Assembly: GCA_965116925.1 (NCBI GenBank)
Contig: OZ220744.1
Coordinates: 5,600,001-5,664,000 of the forward strand
Reading direction: 5' to 3'
DNA: 64,000 nucleotides
DNA from: Candidatus Poribacteria bacterium
GTDB lineage: Bacteria > Poribacteria > WGA-4E > PCPOR2b
Both the position numbers and the translations under genes were made by a program. A model generated the notes under the pieces. That model made no database searches, was not told where the DNA came from, and saw only the letters and a list, made by a program, of their open reading frames with translations. This document shows, in pieces, positions 18,905 to 29,733 of this stretch; within the stretch, counting starts at the first letter, position 1; the number at the start of each line of letters is the position of its first letter.

Positions 18905-21646
18905 CTACCGAACAACCGCAATTTTCCCCGACCTATGAACTGTCTCTCCCTCTCGTTTCGCTTCCAGGACGTAGATATATACCCCGCCAGCGACCGATTC
19001 GCCTGTTTGATTTGTGCAATCCCAAACGAAGGCTTCATCGAGTGAGGCTGACTGTTGACCAATCACATCCCGCAATACATCCGTATAGAGCAACCCCCCG
19101 GTGACATCGTAAATCTCCAGCGTAACGTCGGCAGATTTGGTGAGTTGGAATGTAATGATGGCATCGTGCGAAGTAGGATTCGGATATGCAATAACCTTAT
19201 TGGCAAAGTCGAAAATGTCCTGAGTAAAGAATTCCATCGTCTGGCGTGCTTCATTGCCAGCTCGATCCGTCGCGCTAACCTCAAGAGTATGCCTGCCCGG
19301 CCCCAGATCAGTTGGGAGGTAGGTCAAGTGTCCCGTTGTATCCTCGTATAGGAATTGCACCGCCCGATTGTCCACCCACAACTGAACAACATCAACACCG
19401 GAGCCTTCGTCGGTAATTTCATGTACTATAAGGAAGCGATCGGGCTGAACCTCTGCGGAATCTTCGGGAAAAATGGTATTTATGATAGGTGGCGTCCGAT
19501 CTATAAGAAGGGCATAGCTCCCGAACCGATCGGCGGTGGCTTCAAGCATACCGAATTGGTTTCTGAATCCATTCAGCGGCAGCCATTGTTGGAACTGGCT
19601 ATCCCACTGAAACATCGTAACCCCGTTTTCGCTCTTATTGTGTTCTAGAGGAAGTGGAAGTACAACCTGAAATGAAACACCTGCTGTCTCCACAAGGGAT
19701 TCGATAACGTAGATGGGCTCCAGTATTGTCAACTGACGTGTATCGGCGTTTTGTTGTTGTGCGCGAATCGTATTTCGATTCGATCCGCCTTGACTTCGTA
19801 AGATAACTTGAGATGCTGCGTCACCTTCGGGTAGTCGGACGCTGGGTCCACCATCAATAGAAAGGAGGATCGTCTCCGATGAAGAATCCTCTCCCCGAAT
19901 CAATCGTGGGAACTGAATATCTTCAAAAAGCCGATTCTGATCTGCGAAATAGCCGCGCACAGGAAGCACTTGCCCGCTGAGAGAGCGAACTTCGGTAGAA
20001 AACGTAAACCCTGTTTGCGAAGAAGAGATCGGAAAGTCAAGGGCATAGCGAAAGATCGATGGTTGGTTTCCCATTTTCAAATTCGCGTTCAGCTCTTCAC
20101 CCGAAACGCTGAAATGATCGAGATTAGGTGTATACCCTAAACGCGCACCCGATGGAAGAATTTTAAGGACGGGCACTGTCGCCAATCGCCTCGTTGTCGT
20201 TAATGTGATTCTAAGTGTATGATTTGCCCCTTCAATCCGTTCCGCCGAAATTGACGCTTGAAATGGTCGCGTGTCAATGGTAAACGTAAAATCGATTGGT
20301 ATTGCCGAATTGCCTGCGGTATCCTGAACCTCCAGCTTGAAGCGATAGATGCCGTCGATCAGTTTGGTCGGTGGGGTGTAGGTGAATTTGCCCGTCCCTG
20401 GTTGAAAATCGAAAAGACCTCCATCAAACTTGGCAGCCCCCGGGCTCCCATCGAAAACAGATGTCTCCTCACCAAAACTGAAACGAATCGTCAACGGATC
20501 TATCTCCATATCATCAATCAAGAACCCTGTGATTTTTACGTCTGAACGATCAAGGAACGCACCATCAGGCGGCAAAACCTCCGTTATTGCCGGTGGGCTA
20601 AGATCTATTTCAAGAAGCGGATCTTTCCTCTTATAACTAATATGACGTTGTACCTCCGTTCTGCGTCCCAGCCGGTCAATAGCAGTCACAGTGATGAGAT
20701 TAGCTGTTTCCCCTCCTACACCCTTAGCGGAATCATTTTCCTTTAGTCGTAATGTGCGCTCAAAACGCCCCTCTACCTTGAGGGGTACAACCGTCCCATT
20801 AATCAAAAGCTGTGCACCAGGGTCACTGATCTGGCCAGACACAGTGACATAAGGCACCTCTAGCAGAGCGAAATTAGTTGGAGATGTCAATGTAATCTCC
20901 GGCGGTTGGCTATCACGCACAACGGTCCGGGTTACGCTTGTCTCCAGACCAATCGGGTTTGTCACTTGGATCTCGATTCGGTTTGGACCTTCACTCAAGG
21001 GTAACTGTGCGCTAAAGCCCCCTCCTGAATCAACAGGTAAGGACATCTCCACCTGCTCAGATTTAAGAATAACAATGTTCGATTTCTCTGTTGTCCCTCG
21101 CACTGTTATCTGCTTCTCTAATGTCAACAGATCCTGAGATGGATCAGAGACCTCTAGGCGTGGGCGTTCATTCTCAATGAAAATTTGGATTTGGTCTTCC
21201 GCTTCACCGCCTTGCGTCGAAACAACGACAAGCCGCACAAGGAATTCTCCACGCAACCGTTGTGCATCCCACTGTCCGAGAAAACCGGTCTCCGTCACTG
21301 GCGCTGTCGCTCTGCCACCAATCTGACGCCAGCCGGTCGAGACGGTTTTTCCCTGATCTGTGGAAATAGGGATATACTCCAAACGATATTCCTTGAACAT
21401 CGTGCCTCGAGCCAGTCCAAAGATTTCAACTTTGCCGCTCAACAGTTCCCCTGTATCAGGACGATCTATTTTCGCTTCCACTGTTGAGAGTGTCGGGAAG
21501 GCATAGAGTAACGTGGTAAAGCTGAATAACCAGAGCACAATTGCCAAGAACGTAGAGGTGAGCAGAATTGAAGAGTGGAAGGATAGGAGGGTGGAGAGAA
21601 AGGAAGGATTCGTTTTACGTTTCACAACTCCGTTCCAAGAGGACAA
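18905..21646 (-). CDS. Large secreted Ig-like repeat protein with C-terminal FlgD/T9SS-type-like domain
   Basis: Hydrophobic N-terminus; repeated DxxPP/DxAGN Ig motifs; C-terminal YPNP...IYD..G...WD...G..VAGGVYIY; start uncertain. Confidence 0.75.
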   Translation of the reverse strand: MSSWNGVVKRKTNPSFLSTLLSFHSSILLTSTFLAIVLWLFSFTTLLYAFPTLSTVEAKIDRPDTGELLSGKVEIFGLARGTMFKEYRLEYIPISTDQGKTVSTGWRQIGGRATAPVTETGFLGQWDAQRLRGEFLVRLVVVSTQGGEAEDQIQIFIENERPRLEVSDPSQDLLTLEKQITVRGTTEKSNIVILKSEQVEMSLPVDSGGGFSAQLPLSEGPNRIEIQVTNPIGLETSVTRTVVRDSQPPEITLTSPTNFALLEVPYVTVSGQISDPGAQLLINGTVVPLKVEGRFERTLRLKENDSAKGVGGETANLITVTAIDRLGRRTEVQRHISYKRKDPLLEIDLSPPAITEVLPPDGAFLDRSDVKITGFLIDDMEIDPLTIRFSFGEETSVFDGSPGAAKFDGGLFDFQPGTGKFTYTPPTKLIDGIYRFKLEVQDTAGNSAIPIDFTFTIDTRPFQASISAERIEGANHTLRITLTTTRRLATVPVLKILPSGARLGYTPNLDHFSVSGEELNANLKMGNQPSIFRYALDFPISSSQTGFTFSTEVRSLSGQVLPVRGYFADQNRLFEDIQFPRLIRGEDSSSETILLSIDGGPSVRLPEGDAASQVILRSQGGSNRNTIRAQQQNADTRQLTILEPIYVIESLVETAGVSFQVVLPLPLEHNKSENGVTMFQWDSQFQQWLPLNGFRNQFGMLEATADRFGSYALLIDRTPPIINTIFPEDSAEVQPDRFLIVHEITDEGSGVDVVQLWVDNRAVQFLYEDTTGHLTYLPTDLGPGRHTLEVSATDRAGNEARQTMEFFTQDIFDFANKVIAYPNPTSHDAIITFQLTKSADVTLEIYDVTGGLLYTDVLRDVIGQQSASLDEAFVWDCTNQTGESVAGGVYIYVLEAKREGETVHRSGKIAVVR

Positions 21647-21712
21647 GGATCGGACCTACGCTCCGATGTAAGATTGGGGCGGACAGATCTATCAGGGGTC
21701 ACATTTTACGTT

Positions 21713-22321
21713 CTACATCCTGCGGAAAAGCCCGACAACCTTTCCTAAAATCTGGACGTCATCAACGATAATCGGAGACATCACCGAATTTTCAGGTTGC
21801 AGACGAATTCTGTTTCCATTACGGAAGAACCGTTTCACTGTTGCTTCATCATCAAGCAATGCGACAACAATATCTCCGGTATCTGCGTAATGTTGTGACC
21901 GTACAATCACGAGATCGCCCTCAAAGATACCAGCTTCAATCATACTTTTCCCGTTGACACGTAAGGCGAAACAGGTATCTTCCTTGACGACCTCCCGCGG
22001 TACAGGTAAAGTACCTTCAACATTCTCAGAAGCAAGTATAGGTTCACCAGCGGCAACTCGTCCAACGATAGGAACTTCGACCGCTGCTTGTGGCAGCTTT
22101 TGCGGCACAAACTCCAAAATTTCTATCGCACGAGGTTTCTTGGGGATGCGCCGTATGTAACCTTTCTTTTCGATTGCATTTAGGTGATCGTAGGCACCCT
22201 TTTCAGAAATGCCAAAGTCCATCCCAATTTCGCGGACGGTCGGTGGATAGCCTGTATCTTGCACATGCTTCCGAATAAATTCAAAAATCCGGTCCTGTTT
22301 TTTGGTCAATGGTTTTCGCAT
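21713..22321 (-). CDS. lexA: SOS repressor LexA
   Basis: GYPPTVREI HTH, VAAG cleavage site, SM catalytic Ser, ATVK catalytic Lys. Confidence 0.96.
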   Translation of the reverse strand: MRKPLTKKQDRIFEFIRKHVQDTGYPPTVREIGMDFGISEKGAYDHLNAIEKKGYIRRIPKKPRAIEILEFVPQKLPQAAVEVPIVGRVAAGEPILASENVEGTLPVPREVVKEDTCFALRVNGKSMIEAGIFEGDLVIVRSQHYADTGDIVVALLDDEATVKRFFRNGNRIRLQPENSVMSPIIVDDVQILGKVVGLFRRM

Positions 22322-22354
22322 GATCGTCTCCTACATCCTATATAGATACCTTTT

Positions 22355-22383
22355 AATATACTATACATAGATTAAGTCGTCAA
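22355..22383 (-). promoter_or_regulatory. lexA sigma70 promoter TTGACG-17-TATATT
   Basis: Consensus match. Confidence 0.65.
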
Positions 22384-22460
22384 GGAAAAAGTGCTGCGCT
22401 CGTACCGGTCTTTTCTATTTTTCCGCTTAATCCCGATTACCACTGGGTTTAACAACCCAA

Positions 22461-23336
22461 TCATCCGCTCATTTTTTTATTTTCATCCTCATGGTAATCG
22501 TAGGGATGATTCCGAAAAATATAGTCAATTGGCTCGTCAGTGAATTCGACGTTTGGATCTATCTGGCAATTTTCAAAAACATCCTCACATCCCTTGTTGA
22601 ACTGTACCTCTTTCTTATGTCGGAACCAGCGGACATTGTGGACCATCGCAATCATCTGTCTGGGTCGGTCAGAATAGTTGGGCATACCCCGATGCCAAAG
22701 GCGCATATCCCTGATAAGAACACTCCCCTTTTTCGTATTGCCACGCACCGGCGGCGCAATCTCCCGACGCGCTTCGACCAGTCGCTCATCGACCTTAATT
22801 GTCGCGTCATCCAGCGCAACATTTGTGTCTAGGTGGGATCCGGGCCAAAGTTCAATGCTACCATTGTGCTCGGTGACATCCATCGGTGCGATGTTGATGA
22901 CCAACGATACCGCTGGATGTGCCATTTTCAACCCTGACCATAATTGTCCGTTATCTACATGAACCGGCTGCGTGCCACTGCCGGGGCAGTTGGTGTTACC
23001 GGTGTAGCAGCTGTTAAATAAACCCTCACCGAGAATCTTTCGAGTTACCTGTATCACCCACGGATTAGCGACAATATCACGAAAAACATAAGGAGCAAAG
23101 GGCGGTGGGTCTTGCTGGAGATGTTGCTTGACGAAATTAATTGGGAGGACAGACGCTGTCATCAATGTGTGTAAATCCTCATCCATCTTTTCGCGAAGCA
23201 GATCCAAATGGGCGTGCGATATGATGTCTGATAGGATGATATATCCATCCTCGCGGATTGCACGGACAGCCTGATTGAGATGTGTTTCGGACATCTCGTC
23301 GTTGGCTAGCTCTTCGGGACCAATCGTGATTTCCAT
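22461..23336 (-). CDS. Phytanoyl-CoA dioxygenase (PhyH) family protein
   Basis: HVD...PGSH...WHRG facial triad. Confidence 0.88.
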   Translation of the reverse strand: MEITIGPEELANDEMSETHLNQAVRAIREDGYIILSDIISHAHLDLLREKMDEDLHTLMTASVLPINFVKQHLQQDPPPFAPYVFRDIVANPWVIQVTRKILGEGLFNSCYTGNTNCPGSGTQPVHVDNGQLWSGLKMAHPAVSLVINIAPMDVTEHNGSIELWPGSHLDTNVALDDATIKVDERLVEARREIAPPVRGNTKKGSVLIRDMRLWHRGMPNYSDRPRQMIAMVHNVRWFRHKKEVQFNKGCEDVFENCQIDPNVEFTDEPIDYIFRNHPYDYHEDENKKMSG

Positions 23337-23470
23337 CGTTTATTCCTCGTGAGTTTATTGCTTTGATGAGATAGTATCAGACACATATCAAGCGGTCAAG
23401 CGAAATATTTAGTTCAGCATTTGGGACTTTCAATCGGCGAGCAGATGTGCTAAAATATGTTTTTCAGAGT

Positions 23471-23602
23471 GGCTCATGTAAAAAGAAAGTGCAAAACACG
23501 AATCGAAATCGTAGGGGCGGGGTCTCCCCGCCCGCCGTAAGGGTTGGGGGACCCAACCCCTACGAATATTGGGTTTCTTTGCACTAAATCTTAACATGAG
23601 CG
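23471..23602. mobile_element. MITE family A copy with REP doublet, 8-bp TSD TTCAGAGT
   Basis: TIRs and exact flanking duplication. Confidence 0.88.
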
Positions 23603-23676
23603 TTCAGAGTTTAGAAGTGTCTATAACAGTCAGGAATATGCTTGATAATATTTACGAGATTCGGAGAGGTACATAA

Positions 23677-24546
23677 ATGGCAAGAGTAAATCGAGCAATT
23701 GAACTGCTCGAACAGGGGCAACCGGTCTACTATTCCAGTCCAAGAGAACTCAGCTACGAAGGCGGGGTGGAAGCCTCCCAGACGTGGTCGGATTATCTCG
23801 TGGTGGAGATGGAGCATGGAACGTTTAACCTCGCGGGATTGGACGCATTTATGAAAGGGCTCGCTGCAAGCGGTCCCACGAAAAGCGGACATCACACACC
23901 GACGGTCATCACCACGCTGCCGACGGATGGCACGGACGAACATGTCATGCGTGCAAATGCGTGGATGATTAAACAGGTCCTTGCGAGAGGCGTCCACGGC
24001 ATCCTACTATGCCATGCAGAAACGCCCGGTGCGGTGAAAGTGTTTGTTGAATCTGCTCGTTATCCGATCCATACAATCGGTGTCGGAGCAGGGCTTGATG
24101 TCGGCCGTCGCGGGGCTGGCGGACAGGGTGGTGCGGCAGCGATTTGGGGTATATCCACAGAGGAATACATGGAGCGTGCCGATGTTTGGCCCCTGAATCC
24201 AGACGGTGAAATCTTTCTCGGCTTGAAGATCGAGAACAAACGGGCATTGAGCAATGTTGAGGCGACGGTGCGGGTGCCGGGCATCGCCTTTGCAGAATGG
24301 GGACCGGGGGATATGGCACTGTCACACGGTCATTTCGATAGGGATGAGTCGTCCTATGCAGAAGTGAGTGCAAACGCACGCACGCGCGTAAAGGCTGCCT
24401 GTGACGCTGAAAATATCGCGTTCCTAGATGGTGCGACTTCAGACAACATAGCTGAGAAAATCGACAGCGGTGTTCGCATCCCTTCATGCGATGAGGAAGT
24501 TGCGAATATCGGTCGTAAACACACCAATCGCACAATGCCGTGGTAG
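23677..24546 (+). CDS. HpcH/HpaI aldolase/citrate lyase family protein
   Basis: VEMEHG, IKQVLARG, KIEN, WGPGDM. Confidence 0.8.
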   Translation: MARVNRAIELLEQGQPVYYSSPRELSYEGGVEASQTWSDYLVVEMEHGTFNLAGLDAFMKGLAASGPTKSGHHTPTVITTLPTDGTDEHVMRANAWMIKQVLARGVHGILLCHAETPGAVKVFVESARYPIHTIGVGAGLDVGRRGAGGQGGAAAIWGISTEEYMERADVWPLNPDGEIFLGLKIENKRALSNVEATVRVPGIAFAEWGPGDMALSHGHFDRDESSYAEVSANARTRVKAACDAENIAFLDGATSDNIAEKIDSGVRIPSCDEEVANIGRKHTNRTMPW

Positions 24547-24565
24547 GAATGCGGTGTAAAATTGA

Positions 24566-25621
24566 TTAATCCTTGAGGAGCTGCCTGACCGCTGTCGCAG
24601 CAACCTGCGTGTCCTGTAACGGCTTGATGGGACTTGTGTCTGTCAAGGCAGCCTCAAGGTTCGTCTCCAAATCTTCAACACCAGACCACATCACTGAAGC
24701 ATGGCGCATAATGTCTGAATAGACTTTGCCCCGTTTGGGACGACGATGGGTTTTGTGATCTACCTCCAAAATAATCACCCGCTTACCGCTACTTGCAGCC
24801 TCGCATACCATTGAGAAACTATCTTCGGTAACGAGAATCACGTCCGACAGGGCGAAAATTGTCCCAACTGGATCCGTGAACGAATTTTCACCATGTGCCA
24901 GCACAAGGATTGGACAATATTGGGGGTTTGAAAGGCGTTTGGCAATCAGATTTTCAACGGAGAGCGGGGTTCGACGCGAAGTAGTCAACAGGAGTTGGCT
25001 ATCCCATTTCGTTGCAAACCCCTGTAAGACTTCGATGAGGCGCGCTGCGGCTGTTTCAGTAATTGTATCGTACCGGTCTTCGCCACCAATTAGAACCCCA
25101 ATGCGTTTCTGATCTGGAAGATCTAAATCCATTTGGAGTTCGTTGCGCTGCATCTCCAGCTTCTCTGGGCGCACTCGATTTGGAACGCCAAGGGTCTTGC
25201 AAACGTTAGCTTTGTTGCGGGGGGACCAATACATACGGGGAAGGATAGCGAGATCAAAGTGGTGAACCCCGACCGGTGAGGGACGACGGCACGTAACTGT
25301 CTTTGCGTCGAAGAGTTGTCCGATGAGCAAGTTAGGCGCAGCGACAGATGAACCAGTTGAAAGGATGAAATCAGGCGCGACGGCATAGATTTCATCCAAT
25401 GTGTCTCGCTGGAGTGCCATGTGTAAGCAGGCTTTGATAAGCCGGCGCGGTAATCTAAATCCACCGAATAGACGCGTTAACAACCTTAGCAGATTATCTC
25501 GCGGTTTACTGCGAAGCTTTACATCAATCCAGTGATAGTCACACTCCGGCATCCGCTCAATCACGCCTAAAGATTGGTTATAATGACCGGGCTTCCCGTC
25601 ACTCAAGAGAATAGCTCGCAT
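24566..25621 (-). CDS. ELM1/GtrOC1 family putative glycosyltransferase
   Basis: LSDGKPGHYNQS, TTSRRTP, VTEDSFSMVCEA. Confidence 0.85.
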   Translation of the reverse strand: MRAILLSDGKPGHYNQSLGVIERMPECDYHWIDVKLRSKPRDNLLRLLTRLFGGFRLPRRLIKACLHMALQRDTLDEIYAVAPDFILSTGSSVAAPNLLIGQLFDAKTVTCRRPSPVGVHHFDLAILPRMYWSPRNKANVCKTLGVPNRVRPEKLEMQRNELQMDLDLPDQKRIGVLIGGEDRYDTITETAAARLIEVLQGFATKWDSQLLLTTSRRTPLSVENLIAKRLSNPQYCPILVLAHGENSFTDPVGTIFALSDVILVTEDSFSMVCEAASSGKRVIILEVDHKTHRRPKRGKVYSDIMRHASVMWSGVEDLETNLEAALTDTSPIKPLQDTQVAATAVRQLLKD

Positions 25622-25760
25622 AGAAGTGATTAGATGGTGTCTTACGCAACGTGCAAAAGTCAACAGTTCATCAGCAGACCTTTCGAGATCTGAATTGATC
25701 CGCTCAATAAACAAAGATATTAATCACGACAGAGCTGAAAAGCCTAAGAGTCAGCCTCCG

Positions 25761-26108
25761 TTAGAAATCCGTCAACGCTTTTTCCTCTGAAGCAAAGATA
25801 TCAATACTTTGGGATAAACCAATTATATCGAAAACCTGCCGCATATGATTTGATGGATGGGAGATCCGTAGGACTTGCCCCCTGTTGCGCGTTTTCCAAA
25901 TCAGTTTGACGATGACACCAAACCCGCTACTAGTGATAAAACTTTGCCGGTCAAAGCGAAGCAGAATTTTTGCTGCATTGGCACTTTGGTCATAAGCTGT
26001 GTTTATCCCTTCTGCTGAGTCTTCCGTAAAATAACCGGTGATGTCAAAAATTGAGATTTCTCCATCGTGCCTGACTGTTACTCGAGGTTCTGACCGCGTA
26101 TACCGCAT
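25761..26108 (-). CDS. STAS domain anti-sigma factor antagonist
   Basis: FITSSGFG, VFDIIGL, SEEKAL. Confidence 0.8.
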   Translation of the reverse strand: MRYTRSEPRVTVRHDGEISIFDITGYFTEDSAEGINTAYDQSANAAKILLRFDRQSFITSSGFGVIVKLIWKTRNRGQVLRISHPSNHMRQVFDIIGLSQSIDIFASEEKALTDF

Positions 26109-26241
26109 ATAAAGTAATCCGTTCTCCTTTCGGCGTTCAGGACAGACAAAAAATTCAAGATATCTGCAATGGAGATTTTAGCCGATCTGAGAAAAACTGT
26201 CAATAAGGTAAAAAGAAATTTGTAATCAAAGGAGAAAACCA

Positions 26242-27048
26242 ATGACCGCCGCAATCCAGCGAGGCAAGCCATTTTCTGAGGAAGAAACACAACGAATCGT
26301 CGAACAGTTCAATCGTGACGGCTACTATTTCTTCGGTGAAGTGTTCACCTCAGAAGAAGCAGCCACACTTAAAGCATTAATGGAGCAAAAATATAACGAC
26401 CCACGCATGCACGATGAGGCAGGCGACCATATCCGTGGCATCAGCATGATGCGCATGTTTGAATATGACAAGGCTTTTCGAGATCTCATCGTGCGAGAGC
26501 CTTATGTCAGCCTCGCTGAAGCAATCTTGGGTGAGGACTGTCATATGATGTCCCAAAATGCACTACGTTACGCGCCCGGACAGGGGGGCGGGTGGCATAG
26601 CGACGACAAACTCCACTTTCCGCTGCCGGATGGTGTGCCTCGACACGATCCTCGTATCACGCTGCCCTGCTTCGTTATCAACGTGCTTATCCCGCTTATC
26701 GATATTGAAACAATGGACGATGGTCCAACACAGGTTGTCCCCGGCAGCCATTATTCGGGGCGTAGACCACCCGCTGAAGAGAATCCAACCTTTGAAGGGA
26801 AGGGTCCCGTCAGCTTCTTTACAAAGGCGGGTGGTGCCTATATGTTTAATAGTCAAGTCTGGCATCGCGGCACCCCTAACAATCGAAATCAGATTCGATA
26901 CGTTGCAGCGGTCACATACAGCCAGCGGATCATCGCACAGCGACTCTATCCGTTTATCGACTACCGGATGCCTGAACATGTTTTTGAGGGGGCGGACGAA
27001 CGGCTGCAGAGATTGTTGGGGAGGCATAATAAGGGAGCCTTCGGCTAA
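26242..27048 (+). CDS. PhyH family dioxygenase
   Basis: WHSD, GPTQVVPGSH, WHRG. Confidence 0.88.
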   Translation: MTAAIQRGKPFSEEETQRIVEQFNRDGYYFFGEVFTSEEAATLKALMEQKYNDPRMHDEAGDHIRGISMMRMFEYDKAFRDLIVREPYVSLAEAILGEDCHMMSQNALRYAPGQGGGWHSDDKLHFPLPDGVPRHDPRITLPCFVINVLIPLIDIETMDDGPTQVVPGSHYSGRRPPAEENPTFEGKGPVSFFTKAGGAYMFNSQVWHRGTPNNRNQIRYVAAVTYSQRIIAQRLYPFIDYRMPEHVFEGADERLQRLLGRHNKGAFG

Positions 27049-27052
27049 ACGT

Positions 27053-27730
27053 ATGAGCGAATCACACTATGAAAAATTCTTTGAACTCATAGCGAAGCGA
27101 TCCGCTTTAATAGATCTTAGGGAAGATAAGCAGATCAGTCTGACTGAGATCACTCCCCCAATTGATTGGGGTGAACTCTTCGGGAACAAGAATCCCGTTG
27201 AGATAGAAATCGGATGCGGTAAGGGACGTTTTCTGCTTGAGACCTCAAGGCAACATCCAGAGATTAATTACGTTGGTGTCGAGCGAGCGTTGAAATATGT
27301 CCAACATACAAAGAAGCGGTTACTGAAAGGAAACACTAAGCGGGTTTTCCTAATCTGGAGCGATGCTGGTTACCTCGTTGATCGCTACATTGGAGAAGAC
27401 ACCATTGATGCGTATCACGTCTACTTCCCAGATCCCTGGCCCAAGAAACGGCATCATAAGCGTCGGCTCTTTAGAAATGAGGTCTGGCTAGACGGATTGG
27501 TTCGGACACTGAATTCGAGTAGAGGACGTATCCACATCGCTACCGATTACGCCGAGTATTTCTATGAAATCCACGACTGTCTAACGCATACGCCTCCGTT
27601 GGTCTACCTACCATCTGACTCCCTTGAGATAGGGCACATCCCAACCAGTTTTGAGATAAAGTACCGGGAAGAAGGGCGAAAGATCTATCGTGCGGTGTAT
27701 CAGATGGATTCATCCTCTTATAAGCCGTAG
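27053..27730 (+). CDS. trmB: tRNA (guanine-N7) methyltransferase
   Basis: EIGCGKG, FPDPWPKKRHHKRR, ATD, TSFE; true start ATG 27053. Confidence 0.93.
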   Translation: MSESHYEKFFELIAKRSALIDLREDKQISLTEITPPIDWGELFGNKNPVEIEIGCGKGRFLLETSRQHPEINYVGVERALKYVQHTKKRLLKGNTKRVFLIWSDAGYLVDRYIGEDTIDAYHVYFPDPWPKKRHHKRRLFRNEVWLDGLVRTLNSSRGRIHIATDYAEYFYEIHDCLTHTPPLVYLPSDSLEIGHIPTSFEIKYREEGRKIYRAVYQMDSSSYKP

Positions 27731-27760
27731 GATCTGCCTCTCACGTTTCATGTTTTGCTG

Positions 27761-29230
27761 CTATATTTCATGGAGCGGATACAACTTCCGACCAAGATTG
27801 TGGAACGGCAACTCTTTCCCCACCGGATCGTGCACACTCGGTTCAGACACCGCATAGATTGCCCCTGCCCACGACTCAAAGCCTGCCCGAAAGTGTACTG
27901 TCGATTTGACCCCGATGTAGCGCATCTGGCGCGGGTCTAAGCCCATGGTTCGTGAAAACGCAGTATCAAACGGCTGCTCCCGCTCCGTTACTAACAGCAC
28001 ATGAATCCCGTCCTGTCGGATATATGCTGAGGGCCCCATGCTGCTCTCCAACCCTGCATTCCTCGGACCATCGTAACGGAAGCTGCCATCTGACAGTGTG
28101 ACCACCTCCGCTGTCATACGTACCGGTTGTCCTTGAAGGGGTGTTGATTTCGCACCTACATCTAAGGTCAACGTTGCTCCTACACCCGCTTCTTGGCAAG
28201 CACTCACCGCTTCCGGATCCACGATGTATAGGATACAAGCATCCTCTAACCCTGCTTCAATGAACGTCCGCAACACGCCGGTACTATCTCCCGGCGAACC
28301 ACCGCCGGTGTTATCATTCCGATCAGCAAAAATTACCGGAAATTTCCCTTCTGCTGTCGCCTGTGCTAGTGCTTCGCGGGTCGGTGGCATCGGTGCCTGC
28401 CAGTCCGCACGGCGTTCCCAGATCCATGCTGCCAACTCATCTGCATACCGTTGCGCCAAGTCTGGATCGTTGTCGGTGACGATATAAACCGACGCACCCA
28501 TGTCCGGAATGTCAGCCAACGGATAGCAGGTCGCGATCGAACCACAAATCACGCCCGGTTGCGCCTCGATTCTGTGCAATTCAGCGATTGCCTCTCGCAT
28601 CGGCGAGTGTGCTGTGACCTGATTCAGTCCCCAGACCAACGGAATTTGGTGCAGTGCCATGGTAGGGCACACCCCCTCTCGGTGGATGCGAACCAGAACA
28701 TCAGCGCATTCGCGGGCACGTTCTGCCTGATCAATCTCCGGGTAGGTCTCCCTTCCAATCAACACGTCCGCCATCTCGATCATGCGGCGGGAGACATTGG
28801 AATGGATGTCCAACTCCGCCAAGATAGGCACTTGGGGTCCCACCAATTCTCGCACAGCGGTCAGAATATGCCCCTCGCCGTCATCAATCCCTTCCGCCAC
28901 CATCGCACCGTGTAGATCGAGCAGGACACCATCAATGGAGCCCGCTTCAGCGATTCGATCCAGCATATCCTTCAGGATAGCATCGAAGATGTGTCGCGGT
29001 GTTGGACCACTCGGATGCGCGTTTGCATAGATTGTGGGGATTAGCTCGAATCCGTGCGCTTCCGCACCTGCAATATACCCGCCGATGGTTGTGTTGCTGC
29101 CGCGAAACTTGTCAATGATTTCGTCTCCGATCAGGTAGCCGAATCGCTGATCACGGTAGCTTGCCCACGTGGTGGCAACAGTAGTAAAAGTGCTGGTCTC
29201 ATGACCGATTGCACCGGTAATGACTCTCAT
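27761..29230 (-). CDS. M81 family metallopeptidase (MlrC-like)
   Basis: HETSTF, LHGAM, LDIHSN, DNTGGG..GD, KSxxHF. Confidence 0.9.
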   Translation of the reverse strand: MRVITGAIGHETSTFTTVATTWASYRDQRFGYLIGDEIIDKFRGSNTTIGGYIAGAEAHGFELIPTIYANAHPSGPTPRHIFDAILKDMLDRIAEAGSIDGVLLDLHGAMVAEGIDDGEGHILTAVRELVGPQVPILAELDIHSNVSRRMIEMADVLIGRETYPEIDQAERARECADVLVRIHREGVCPTMALHQIPLVWGLNQVTAHSPMREAIAELHRIEAQPGVICGSIATCYPLADIPDMGASVYIVTDNDPDLAQRYADELAAWIWERRADWQAPMPPTREALAQATAEGKFPVIFADRNDNTGGGSPGDSTGVLRTFIEAGLEDACILYIVDPEAVSACQEAGVGATLTLDVGAKSTPLQGQPVRMTAEVVTLSDGSFRYDGPRNAGLESSMGPSAYIRQDGIHVLLVTEREQPFDTAFSRTMGLDPRQMRYIGVKSTVHFRAGFESWAGAIYAVSEPSVHDPVGKELPFHNLGRKLYPLHEI

Positions 29231-29733
29231 TGGTTTCGTGCTCCCTTTCTAAGCGGCATGATAAATGCCAAACTCGGTTCCTCGCGTTCCATTGGCTCTA
29301 CGGCAAAGCCCATAGAGAGTTTGAGTTGGTGGTTTTCTGGGTGGTCCATGTCACTGACAGATCGAACCTGGTAACAATCAAGCTCCTTCGCCCGTTTCAG
29401 CGTATATTCCTGAAGTGCTTTACCGATGCCTTGCCGTCGATAGGCTTTCTTTACGCCAAACGCAATAATCTTCGCTTCTTGCAGCGTCTTTCCGTCCATC
29501 TGAACAGGGGGATGGTCGCGATCATGGGGACCAATGTCCCAAACGACAAACATGAGAAACCCAACGATATTTCCATCCTGTTTAGCAGCCAAGAAGTAAC
29601 GTGCGAACTGTTCAAAATGTTGATTAAATGCCCACCCTGCTTGGTTTTCCTGCGCGATGACATCAACCAACTCCTGCCACTCTGGATGGTCGGGCGTCAT
29701 CTCTTCGATTGGGAAAGGTGGTGATTTGTACAT
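29227..29733 (-). CDS. GNAT family N-acetyltransferase
   Basis: VKKAYRRQGIGKAL motif A. Confidence 0.85.
   Translation of the reverse strand: MYKSPPFPIEEMTPDHPEWQELVDVIAQENQAGWAFNQHFEQFARYFLAAKQDGNIVGFLMFVVWDIGPHDRDHPPVQMDGKTLQEAKIIAFGVKKAYRRQGIGKALQEYTLKRAKELDCYQVRSVSDMDHPENHQLKLSMGFAVEPMEREEPSLAFIMPLRKGARNQ

Noticed and set aside
26558..27052. Long N-terminal extension of trmB (390-aa ORF)
   Set aside because: Out-of-frame overlap with the PhyH gene; homology starts at ATG 27053
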